Virus record (IMG/VR): IMGVR_UViG_3300037466_002980
Coordinates: 160,001 to 224,000 of that record
DNA length: 64,000 bases
Source: a virus
Lineage: Duplodnaviria; Heunggongvirae; Uroviricota; Caudoviricetes
Direction: 5' to 3' (one strand)
The translations under genes were made by a program, and so were the position numbers. The notes below the pieces were generated by a model. It saw only the letters and a list, made by a program, of their open reading frames with translations, was not told where the DNA came from and did no database searches. This document shows, in pieces, positions 8,771 to 16,412 of this stretch; position 1 is the stretch's first letter; each line of letters starts with the position of its first letter.

Positions 8771-8984
8771 AAAACGTATGGTAAGCAAATAGCCGGACAA
8801 AATGCAAAAAACATAGAGACCAAATAATTCTTACCCTAAACAACTTTCAATATACAGAGATTCTAATATTCCCGAAAATCAACAAACATGGCAGAGCCTT
8901 TTAGTTTCGGATCACTAGAATACGAATAGTGTTCAGAACCTAAAACCAAGGTTCTGGTTGCTATTCCTCATCTCCATACATTTT
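8771..8984 (-). ncRNA. Structured RNA with 7-nt-periodic UG tracts, upstream of coiled-coil gene
   Basis: Closing stem AAAATGTATGG/CCATACGTTTT; internal hairpin CAGAACCT/AGGTTCTG. Confidence 0.5.
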
Positions 8985-9064
8985 CACCGGTTAGTTTTCT
9001 ATGAAAACTAACAAAACTTATTCTATTTTAAAGTACACTATTTCTAATATACTTTAAAATAGTA

Positions 9065-9966
9065 GGACTGAGATTACATCCTTACTGATCGGTACCTCGT
9101 ATATTATTTCAATATCTTGCGGGATATTGATTCTTACGATATCCACTAGGTCTGTTTTCACAGTATCCTAGTCTACCGACAACATCGCCTTTTAAAGTCA
9201 GGCAGTAGACTTGACATGATATTCTACTCTATAATTTCCATTCCGTCTGCCTTGCGAGCAGTTCATTGGTGCTAACCAATTACGAAACATCTATTATAAA
9301 TCAACTTGGCCTTGCGAGCTTTCGTCGAACTTAGTTACCTTACGGTCTAAGTATTAGATGTCTTTCAAATATCACCGAGGCAGTCTTTGCATTTTAATAC
9401 ACGGTTGGAATCGAACCAACTGCTTTCTGTTAGGATACAGACACTCTACCAAATGAGTTACATTGCAACCTACTATGATGTGCTACCTCAGCTGCTATAT
9501 ACCTTGTTAGATACACAATACAGCACACCACGTATCTTTCATCTCGCGGATTACTCGATTGTCTTTCACGATATATGTCAAGAGTCTCGGCGTTTTCGCG
9601 TATCTTGCCATTTACCATTCAAACTGCATTCAAGCCCTTACTTGCGAGGTTCGGACAAGAACACTACCCTTTCTCATACCAATTAACAAATTGGTTTATT
9701 GTGAGGTCAGCACCACCTGTTACTCTCCGCCAACTAACGTTCCCTTTCGGCGTTTAAGTTGGCGTTCTTTCCACAACATTTGCTTTATTGTTACTTCGTC
9801 CGGTCTTATCAGACAAAGCTCCCTCACGGGAGTGAGCAGGCCTGCTTAATGATCCATTACTGGCGGTAGTATGTAGGCTTCCTACCTTTTTCACTCCTTG
9901 CGGAGATCCTTCTTCAATAACCAGCTGGGCGAACCATACTGGTTATTAGGGGTTCAAGCTCCCCGA
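9065..9966 (-). ncRNA. GOLLD-like giant RNA with embedded degenerate tRNA (~9388-9468)
   Basis: ~900 nt, GC-elevated, no credible ORF, many GNRA hairpins (GCAA, GTAA, GAAA, GTGA), 3' GTAATCTCAG, tRNA-cluster location; family call from memory of the consensus. Confidence 0.7.
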
Positions 9967-9972
9967 AATTCT

Positions 9973-10308
9973 TTACTTATATCTATACTGTTCTCTTATT
10001 CTTGTTTGTACTTCAGCATTATTATTTTTCTTCTTCATCCATTCATGAACAATGGGTGCCCAAATACTAATATGATTCCATGCATTTCCACCTTCACGAA
10101 CTAATCCGAGGTTTTCAAATGCTAAATCGTGACGACCATTTGCTTCCTCGTATTGTTTTCTTAATTTTTTCTGTCTAGTTTCACTAAGTTCGCTGGGATG
10201 AATGGATAATTTAACTCTTTCTTCGCGATCACCATAACGTCCATTCCATGACCAATCATAATTTTTATCTTTTGTTTTTTGTTTTTTGTTCATAGTGTTA
10301 ATCAACAA
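9973..10308 (-). CDS. Basic hypothetical protein
   Basis: ORF track; start may be ATG at ~10293. Confidence 0.6.
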   Translation of the reverse strand: MLINTMNKKQKTKDKNYDWSWNGRYGDREERVKLSIHPSELSETRQKKLRKQYEEANGRHDLAFENLGLVREGGNAWNHISIWAPIVHEWMKKKNNNAEVQTRIREQYRYK

Positions 10309-10316
10309 CAGACTCT

Positions 10317-10345
10317 AGTTTATAAAATTTTAGTTTACATGTCAA
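10317..10345 (-). promoter_or_regulatory. sigma70-type promoter
   Basis: TTGACA-17 nt-TAAACT. Confidence 0.7.
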
Positions 10346-10357
10346 CTTGATTTTTAA

Positions 10358-11149
10358 TTAATTAAATCCCAATTCTTTTCTAATCTTAGTTGCTGAAATA
10401 GACATGATACTTTCATCGAAAATTTCTTCTTCGATTTTATATCCAACATTTCGACCATATGTGATATTAACAATATTAGGTACTCTAATAATTTCAAATT
10501 GTCCTTGATAAATCGGATCTAAATCTTTCTTGATAAATTCTCTTGATTGGTCAAAAGAAAATGGATTACTTTCATTCCAATGTTGGCAATCACGAATCAT
10601 AATTGCAACCTGTCCTGTCTTAGCAATTGCTCTTTCAAATAAATTTCTATGACCTTTATGCCAAGGTTGCCATCTGCCGAGCATTTGAACTGTTTCTTTT
10701 TTCCAATCAAAAACAGGACGGCGTTTATCTTCTATAAGATGATGTCCAATAAATGAAGACCAAACTTCAGAATTTTGTTCAGTAATTCGAAAATCATACG
10801 AATCCGGATTGACAAACATCTTATTTGTATCTTCAAATCTTCCTTTTTCGATAGTATCGAGCCAAATAAACCAGTCTGCATTGAAATGATGTCTCATTTC
10901 AATCAATGGTGCAACAAAATCACAAATAACAAAGTCTGTGTTTTCTTGTTCAGCAAGTTCGGACATTCTCTTACTTTGACGGATTCTGCCTTCATAGGAA
11001 AAATCAAAATCATCAAACTTTGTTCTTATCTCGTCAGCGTTGAACCACGAAACTGTCTTATTATTTGTTTCGAGATATTCTTTTAATTTTCCGGCTAAAG
11101 TTGTCTTCCCGGCACCGGGTAAACCCATAATTAATATTTTCTTAGGCAT
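10358..11149 (-). CDS. APS kinase-like domain fused to HxGH nucleotidyltransferase domain
   Basis: GLPGAGKTT P-loop, NADEIR, FVAP; C-terminal GRWQPWHKGH and ISATKIR. Confidence 0.8.
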   Translation of the reverse strand: MPKKILIMGLPGAGKTTLAGKLKEYLETNNKTVSWFNADEIRTKFDDFDFSYEGRIRQSKRMSELAEQENTDFVICDFVAPLIEMRHHFNADWFIWLDTIEKGRFEDTNKMFVNPDSYDFRITEQNSEVWSSFIGHHLIEDKRRPVFDWKKETVQMLGRWQPWHKGHRNLFERAIAKTGQVAIMIRDCQHWNESNPFSFDQSREFIKKDLDPIYQGQFEIIRVPNIVNITYGRNVGYKIEEEIFDESIMSISATKIRKELGFN

Positions 11150-11507
11150 TTAAATTCCTTTTTTCCCACTTTTCACGTGCCTTCTTAATATCATACTGAA
11201 TTGCAGCAGCACAAGAAAATTGCATTCCTATTTGAAAATTACAATGATTTAATTTAAATGGTTTCAGTACTCTATCACCATTCCACCAACGACGTTCGGT
11301 TTTTATAAGTCCTTTTTCTTCGAGTTCATTTCGAAGTCTTGTAAATTCTGGATGATCAATACTAGAGTGGCAACTATAATCGCCTTTACCTTGAAGTAAT
11401 AAAATTATATCTTCTTCTGTCTTTTCTTTCTTTTCTTTAATGTAATTACCACTATAATGGATTTCTACTGATTTAAGAAATTGTTCGTCAATATAAAATT
11501 GTTTCAT
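11142..11507 (-). CDS. Hypothetical protein
   Basis: ORF track, operon-coupled. Confidence 0.65.
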   Translation of the reverse strand: MKQFYIDEQFLKSVEIHYSGNYIKEKKEKTEEDIILLLQGKGDYSCHSSIDHPEFTRLRNELEEKGLIKTERRWWNGDRVLKPFKLNHCNFQIGMQFSCAAAIQYDIKKAREKWEKRNLNA

Positions 11508-11520
11508 AATGTTCTATAAA

Positions 11521-11609
11521 TGGCGGAAAGTATAGGATTCGAACCTATGCATCCATTTTCTGAACGACAGTTTAGCAAACTGCTGCCTTAACCACTCGGC
11601 CAACTTTCC
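11521..11609 (-). tRNA. tRNA-Ser(GCT)
   Basis: Loop TT-GCT-AA, long variable arm, GCCA. Confidence 0.92.
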
Positions 11610-11612
11610 AAA

Positions 11613-11912
11613 TTAATTGTTATCCGATTTAGCAATTGCGCTCATAAGACATAATGCATTTATTCGCAATTCTTTTGTTTTTCTATTATCGGGATTTCCA
11701 AATACACCCTTAACGAGCGTGTTCTTATTTAATTGATTTTGAAACAAATATGCAATTGCCAGCGATTCCGGATCATTATAATCAAAAAATTTCATTGACA
11801 TTTGCTTCTTATGTTTTAACATGTAAATGGCATGACAAGCATACCTTGCTTTATTGGAAAATACCAATTCGGCTGCTTTTCTATATAATTCACTTTGTTT
11901 CATATCTATCAA
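11613..11912 (-). CDS. Hypothetical protein
   Basis: ORF track between tRNAs. Confidence 0.6.
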   Translation of the reverse strand: MIDMKQSELYRKAAELVFSNKARYACHAIYMLKHKKQMSMKFFDYNDPESLAIAYLFQNQLNKNTLVKGVFGNPDNRKTKELRINALCLMSAIAKSDNN

Positions 11913-11956
11913 TATTTGAATCTATATTATACCGTCTTAAATTTGAAATAGCAATT

Positions 11957-12031
11957 TGGCAAGGGCTGATGTATTCGAAACATCTACAATCACGCTCAGA
12001 ACGTGACGCGTCGCCATTCCGCCTAGCCCCA
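11957..12031 (-). tRNA. tRNA-Gln(CTG), atypical D region
   Basis: TCACG-TTCTGAG-CGTGA, GCCA. Confidence 0.75.
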
Positions 12032-12040
12032 ATAAATCTA

Positions 12041-12115
12041 TGGACCCGCTTAGAGGAATCAAACCTCTATCTTAAGTTTCGAAGACTTTTATATTATTCA
12101 TTATACGAAAGCGGG
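12041..12115 (-). tRNA. tRNA-Arg(TCG), divergent D/T loops
   Basis: Loop CT-TCG-AA; lacks D-loop GG; T loop TTTGATT. Confidence 0.7.
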
Positions 12116-12122
12116 AAAAATC

Positions 12123-12198
12123 TGGTGGAACACATGGGAGTCGAACCCACCTAATCTACCTTATGAGAGTAGTGCATCAGCCGCTCTGCCAATGTTCC
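12123..12198 (-). tRNA. tRNA-Met or Ile2 (CAT)
   Basis: Loop CT-CAT-AA, ACCA. Confidence 0.85.
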
Positions 12199-12203
12199 GA
12201 AAA

Positions 12204-12254
12204 CAGGTTACGTTTCTTTTTACCAAAATAGAATTAAATTGCCGAATGTAACCT
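12204..12254 (-). ncRNA. CAGCAA-stem RNA copy C (minimal, CGGCAA variant)
   Basis: AGGTTAC-ATT-CGGCAA...GTAACCTG. Confidence 0.55.
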
Positions 12255-12260
12255 TTAAAA

Positions 12261-12336
12261 TGGTGCTGCCTCGTGGAATCGAACCACGTTCACATGCTCT
12301 TCAGGCACGCGCTATGACCACATCAGCTAAAGCAGC
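12261..12336 (-). tRNA. tRNA-Phe(GAA)
   Basis: Loop CT-GAA-GA, ACCA. Confidence 0.9.
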
Positions 12337-12337
12337 A

Positions 12338-12691
12338 TTAATCTTTAAAGACATGTATTTCTTCTCTTTTCTTCTTTAATTTAACTTCTTGTTCATCATA
12401 ATGATGTTCGAGATAAAGAATTAAACCTTCGTCAAACGTCCAATTATTTTGTTTACAGAAATTACTAAACATTAGGAAATCTTTTGAATATGCTTCCGGC
12501 ACATAAATTTTTGATTGTTTTAGTAATTCTAAAAATTCAGTTGGCGGAGTTCTTTTAAGATGACGGAAAACTTTCTCATCTGCATTATTTGAACCATTCT
12601 GGAACATCTCTTTCCTTCCACGATGCAATTTCTTGCTTATATTTTTTATAATAATTTCTATAACTTTGAATAGGATCATCTGTCTTAACAT
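12338..12691 (-). CDS. Hypothetical protein (true start probably ~12607)
   Basis: ORF track; 5' part overlaps upstream gene. Confidence 0.5.
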   Translation of the reverse strand: MLRQMILFKVIEIIIKNISKKLHRGRKEMFQNGSNNADEKVFRHLKRTPPTEFLELLKQSKIYVPEAYSKDFLMFSNFCKQNNWTFDEGLILYLEHHYDEQEVKLKKKREEIHVFKD

Positions 12692-13046
12692 CCCCCGGCA
12701 TTGCTAATCTAAAAGGTGTTTTACCGATTGCAGGCAATGCAGGAACAGGTAATATTTGAATAACATCAAATGCCTTATGATTGATAGATTTCTTATATCT
12801 ATATTGATATTCTTTATTTAATTCTGTTGCTAAATCTCTTAACCATAACCAATTATCAAGTGATTCCCTAACCCAAATTGCACTAGGATGATTTTTATGT
12901 GTTATCTTGTAACCTATATCATTTCCCGATAATCTAACTGCTGTACTCAATAATTGAGCATATTCGGTAATCATCTTCACTACATGTTTATCTACATGGT
13001 AGGTTGCATTTAGATAATGATTATTGTCTAAATAAAAAATATTCAT
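12585..13046 (-). CDS. Pyrimidine-dimer DNA glycosylase/endonuclease V-like protein
   Basis: MNIFYLD...DKHVVKM..E.AQLLST, H.NHP..W motifs. Confidence 0.75.
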   Translation of the reverse strand: MNIFYLDNNHYLNATYHVDKHVVKMITEYAQLLSTAVRLSGNDIGYKITHKNHPSAIWVRESLDNWLWLRDLATELNKEYQYRYKKSINHKAFDVIQILPVPALPAIGKTPFRLAMPGDVKTDDPIQSYRNYYKKYKQEIASWKERDVPEWFK

Positions 13047-13240
13047 TCTATGTCTTTAGGACTAACTAAAATCCATCTAACATTTCCGGATGAATCTGAA
13101 AATTCTAATTCAATGCCATATTCGTTAATCTCCGAAATGGATCCTTCAACGCAATCAGAAACTAATTTCTTAATTGCAATTTGATCTTCTTCGGGAAGTC
13201 CATTAAGCAACTCCGGCGATGCTTGTTTTAGTTTTACCAT
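13043..13240 (-). CDS. Hypothetical protein
   Basis: Start moved downstream of tRNA-Gly. Confidence 0.55.
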   Translation of the reverse strand: MVKLKQASPELLNGLPEEDQIAIKKLVSDCVEGSISEINEYGIELEFSDSSGNVRWILVSPKDIE

Positions 13241-13256
13241 ATGTACTTGATTAATT

Positions 13257-13330
13257 TGGAGCGGGTAACGAGAATCGAACTCGTACGATAACCATGGCAA
13301 GGTCACAGGCAACCATTACATCATACCCGC
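13257..13330 (-). tRNA. tRNA-Gly(GCC)
   Basis: GCGGG start, loop TT-GCC-AT, TCCA. Confidence 0.9.
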
Positions 13331-13331
13331 A

Positions 13332-13571
13332 TTATTCTACTAATTTGTTTACTTCTTCGAAACTAATCTCTTGTAATGTTCTTTCGTTTAACCCTCGTCT
13401 GGGGTTAGAACACATCCAACAACTACATGGTTTTGGTGTATCTACAACCATTCCGAGTTGCCTTCCCGGATCTAACTCATTATTAATATGGTGCAAATCT
13501 TTACCCCAATAGAAACGACGTTTTTTCTTTAATCTTTCTATATGAGCTCTTCTTTCAGATCTATCTCTCAT
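13332..13571 (-). CDS. Small basic protein with CSCxxC motif
   Basis: SD AGGAG; PKPCSCWMCSNPRR. Confidence 0.7.
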   Translation of the reverse strand: MRDRSERRAHIERLKKKRRFYWGKDLHHINNELDPGRQLGMVVDTPKPCSCWMCSNPRRGLNERTLQEISFEEVNKLVE

Positions 13572-13581
13572 ATTATTCTCC

Positions 13582-13672
13582 TGGAGGAAGAAGGACGTAT
13601 CGAACGCCTACCGAAAAATATCGATACCTCTGTTTTCGAAACAGCGATGGGGACCTCCCCACAACATCTTCC
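13582..13672 (-). tRNA. tRNA-Ser(CGA) with tRNA-Sec-like 8/4 (allo-tRNA-type) fold
   Basis: 8-bp acceptor GGAAGATG/CTTCTTCC, 4-bp T stem, 6-bp D stem with 4-nt loop, long variable arm. Confidence 0.75.
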
Positions 13673-13681
13673 GATAAAATC

Positions 13682-13755
13682 TGGTAGGTCATGACAGAAT
13701 CGAACTGCCGTCATTGCCTTGTAAAAGCAAGGTTCTCCCATTAAACTAATGACCC
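13682..13755 (-). tRNA. tRNA-Val(TAC)
   Basis: Loop TT-TAC-AA, ACCA. Confidence 0.9.
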
Positions 13756-13770
13756 AATTTAATACTGTTT

Positions 13771-13799
13771 ATTCTAAATTATTTCAGAATGATTGTCAA
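13771..13799 (-). promoter_or_regulatory. Internal sigma70-type promoter
   Basis: TTGACA-17 nt-TAGAAT. Confidence 0.75.
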
Positions 13800-13800
13800 G

Positions 13801-13877
13801 TGGTACCCCTGGTAAGATTCGAACCTACAACCAACAACTTTTGAGGATGTCCGCACTACCAATTAGCGTACAGGGGC
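13801..13877 (-). tRNA. tRNA-Leu(CAA), short variable arm
   Basis: Loop CT-CAA-AA, ACCA. Confidence 0.8.
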
Positions 13878-13886
13878 ATTTTTATT

Positions 13887-13974
13887 TGGAGTGCCGTACT
13901 GGATTCTAACCAGTGTGGGATTTTAATCCATCAGTTTTGCAGACTGCTGCCTTCGTACGCTCGACCAACGGCAC
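13887..13974 (-). tRNA. tRNA-Cys(GCA) with long variable arm
   Basis: Loop CT-GCA-AA, U73, variable arm TGGATTAAAATCCCAC. Confidence 0.8.
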
Positions 13975-13980
13975 ATTATT

Positions 13981-14074
13981 TGGTGGGTGTTGTGGGTTAT
14001 CGAACCACGACCCCTATTATCCATATTCACTGGTAGTGATAGATAACAGTGCTCTCCCTCTGAGCTAAACTCCC
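13981..14074 (-). ncRNA. tRNA-like RNA with elongated anticodon arm and no canonical anticodon loop
   Basis: Acceptor, D and T arms and ACCA present; ~15-bp anticodon helix capped by ACC triloop. Confidence 0.7.
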
Positions 14075-14078
14075 AATA

Positions 14079-14282
14079 TTAGAATAAAATTCTATATCTA
14101 TATTGAATTCCACCTCGAATATATATTGCACTTGATGAACTCTTATCCTTTTGATAATTTCCATCATTTGTTATAGTAGGAAATAGATCCGAGGTAAGAT
14201 AAAATTTACCGTGTTCGAATTGCATTGAAGAACATCCGGTAGATAGTACACCGAACAGTACAATAGATAATAGGCGTTTCAT
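14079..14282 (-). CDS. Small lipoprotein-like protein
   Basis: MKRLL...LSTGC lipobox. Confidence 0.55.
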   Translation of the reverse strand: MKRLLSIVLFGVLSTGCSSMQFEHGKFYLTSDLFPTITNDGNYQKDKSSSSAIYIRGGIQYRYRILF

Positions 14283-14298
14283 TACATTATTTATTATC

Positions 14299-14374
14299 TG
14301 GGCGGTCATTACGGTTACGATCCGTTCTTACCTGTTTCACAGACAGGGGTGGTAGCCACTCCACTAAATGCCGC
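14299..14374 (-). tRNA. tRNA-His(GTG), atypical T loop
   Basis: CCTGT-CTGTGAA-ACAGG; G-1:C73. Confidence 0.8.
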
Positions 14375-14386
14375 ATAAATTCAAAA

Positions 14387-14507
14387 CAGGTTCGCATTTT
14401 TTAAGTTCTACCGCTAAACTAATGTGGCGACCAACTCACATCCGGGATTCGAACCCGGGCCTTCCTTTTACAATAAAGATATAATTTAAATTTGCTGAAA
14501 CGAACCT
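14387..14507 (-). ncRNA. CAGCAA-stem RNA copy D, YrlA-like permuted tRNA mimic
   Basis: AGGTTCG-TTT-CAGCAA, loop AT-TGT-AA, T arm, closed acceptor ATGTG/CACAT, D arm, CGAACCTG. Confidence 0.75.
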
Positions 14508-14512
14508 AATGG

Positions 14513-14932
14513 TCAATTCTTTTTTAATTCCTCAATCAATTCTTCTACATTGTAGAATACACCACTGGCAAATTGATACATGACATCCCAACGTTCGGGA
14601 TTGTCTAATAGGATATAACCAGGTTTTCCACAACCGATAACGTATCCTAATTCTAAATGTGCAGATTTTCCTGCAGGTAATGCTAGAACTGCGATATCAT
14701 TTCTGTCAAGGTGAAATTTATCGAAATTATAGACATGCTTCGCTGCATATCCTTGTAGAGCAGTTTTGTAATCATGCCCCTTTGCTTTCTCGTGATCTCT
14801 CCAACAGTCATCTGCATTCTCGGAAGCTGACCACCAATCATCAAATACTTCGTGTCCTGCATTTCGCAATTTATTAGCGATATTAACAATTTCTGTATTT
14901 CTTAATGAACCGATTAAATAAATGTTTGCCAT
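14513..14932 (-). CDS. Nucleoside 2-deoxyribosyltransferase-like protein
   Basis: IYLIGS...D...LPAGKSAHLELGY pattern. Confidence 0.65.
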   Translation of the reverse strand: MANIYLIGSLRNTEIVNIANKLRNAGHEVFDDWWSASENADDCWRDHEKAKGHDYKTALQGYAAKHVYNFDKFHLDRNDIAVLALPAGKSAHLELGYVIGCGKPGYILLDNPERWDVMYQFASGVFYNVEELIEELKKN

Positions 14933-15089
14933 AATGTAATACTTTAAAACAAATACTTATTTAATGCAAGATTCTTCATTTAGAATTACGAACATATTCA
15001 ATATATTGTTAGAAATTCTGTGATGGGGTTCACTTACGCCGGTACAATCCGGTTCCCATAACCCTCTGGGTAAACATAACAATATAATC

Positions 15090-15167
15090 TGGTACCCAAG
15101 GTGGGATTCGAACCCACACTGTACGGTTTCTAAAACCGGTGTCTCCTGCCAATTGCACTACTTGGGC
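15090..15167 (-). tRNA. tRNA-Leu(TAG), short variable arm
   Basis: Loop TT-TAG-AA, ACCA. Confidence 0.85.
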
Positions 15168-15244
15168 ATAAGGAATAGTAACAGATTCGTTCACATACGG
15201 CTCCCGCCTCCACTGTATATTCCTGTAAAATATTTCAAATAGAA

Positions 15245-15313
15245 TGGTTGTAGTGGACTCGAACCACCTCTCCCGCTTGAATGGCGAGTATCCTGCCCCT
15301 AGACGAACAACAT
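15245..15313 (-). pseudogene. Degenerate tRNA-Glu-like RNA (A33, 5-bp acceptor)
   Basis: CTCGC-CATTCAA-GCGGG, intact T arm, truncated acceptor. Confidence 0.55.
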
Positions 15314-15320
15314 ATTTGAA

Positions 15321-15444
15321 TTCTTAAGTATGATTACTCATACTGTCCATTGTCACTTCATTGACCTACTTTGATTGTGTTCCTTGCCATCGGTCGACGT
15401 TCGTTTCGCGACTCAGTTGGAAATAGACTAGCCATACTTAAGAA
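15321..15444 (-). ncRNA. Unidentified structured RNA
   Basis: Perfect 12-bp closing stem TTCTTAAGTATG/CATACTTAAGAA. Confidence 0.45.
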
Positions 15445-15446
15445 AT

Positions 15447-15520
15447 TGGCATCCCGGGAAGGACTCGAACCCTCACAAACAGTTTTGGAGACTGTGGTGC
15501 TGCCATTACACTACCGAGAT
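15447..15520 (-). tRNA. tRNA-Trp(CCA)
   Basis: ACAGT-CTCCAAA-ACTGT, GCCA. Confidence 0.92.
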
Positions 15521-15526
15521 AAAAAT

Positions 15527-15602
15527 TGGCTCCGGTGACTGGGATCGAACCAATGACCAACGGATTAACAATCCGCCGCTCTACCTACTGAGCTACACCG
15601 GA
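15527..15602 (-). tRNA. tRNA-Asn(GTT)
   Basis: TCC start, loop TT-GTT-AA, GCCA. Confidence 0.92.
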
Positions 15603-16106
15603 ATAAAAACATATTCTTTCAAATATTTCTATTGCATTTTCTTTTAAAATCCATTCTCCTGATTCATTTGTTATATTTGGATGTTGAAGTATTTGTTTTT
15701 CAACATCCTTTCTATTAAGAACAAAATCATATTTTTCAATCTTAAATCTTCGAAATGGATCATATGTCTGATATTGATTTAATCTTGTATTTAAATCAAG
15801 AGTCATTCCGATTTTGTAATGATCTTGATATATCGGATTAGAAATTATATATACCAATCCAGAATCGATATCGTTAAATTTTGCACCATATTGATAATTA
15901 ACCTTCAATAATGTTAATCCGGCTAATCGTCTTGCAAATCTATATTGATTTTTTCTTATTAAACCTTTATTTTTCTTATTAAATATTTTTCCATATATTT
16001 TTATATATTCATTAAGAATATTATCATTTATTTGAAATATATCTTTAGGAATCACAGAATTCGCTATCATTTCGTCGATAACAATTCTCTCAAATTCCTT
16101 CAACAT
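15585..16106 (-). CDS. GIY-YIG-like (T5orf172-type) endonuclease domain protein
   Basis: VYII...YKIGMT...R...YQT...GEW. Confidence 0.7.
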   Translation of the reverse strand: MLKEFERIVIDEMIANSVIPKDIFQINDNILNEYIKIYGKIFNKKNKGLIRKNQYRFARRLAGLTLLKVNYQYGAKFNDIDSGLVYIISNPIYQDHYKIGMTLDLNTRLNQYQTYDPFRRFKIEKYDFVLNRKDVEKQILQHPNITNESGEWILKENAIEIFERICFYSGVAQ

Positions 16107-16412
16107 TTAAACCTTACCTTTTAGAAAATTTGCTGTATCATCTTCATCGATTTCACTGTAGACAGGAATATCTGGATCTCTTCTTCCACCTAACCAACGA
16201 TATATTTTTGTCTGATAGAGTGAACTTTTACTTAAAGCAGCATCTAATGCTATTTTATGTCCATCTCTCATAATTTCGATTTTTCGATTACCACTATCAT
16301 TTTCATAACAATGAATATAATACTCCGTAGTATAATATCCATTTGATACCTTATGATTAAATGTTTTTACATGAACAAATTTTTCTTTTTTCTTAAACCA
16401 AGGAAAAATCAT
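16107..16412 (-). CDS. Hypothetical protein, paralog 2
   Basis: Shares RW..GR.DPDIP.Y.EIDE.DTAN.LKGKV with neighbour. Confidence 0.75.
   Translation of the reverse strand: MIFPWFKKKEKFVHVKTFNHKVSNGYYTTEYYIHCYENDSGNRKIEIMRDGHKIALDAALSKSSLYQTKIYRWLGGRRDPDIPVYSEIDEDDTANFLKGKV

Noticed and set aside
9387-10104. Several short track ORFs
   Set aside because: Shadow frames of the GOLLD-like RNA and the adjacent gene
13582-13672. Selenocysteine tRNA
   Set aside because: Anticodon is CGA, the fold is 8/4 and the discriminator is U
15171-15224. Group II intron domain V (GAGCCGTATG)
   Set aside because: The complementary 3' half and the rest of the intron are missing
15321-15444. Hammerhead ribozyme
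   Set aside because: CTGA and GAAAC are present, but the CUGANGA core and stems do not fit
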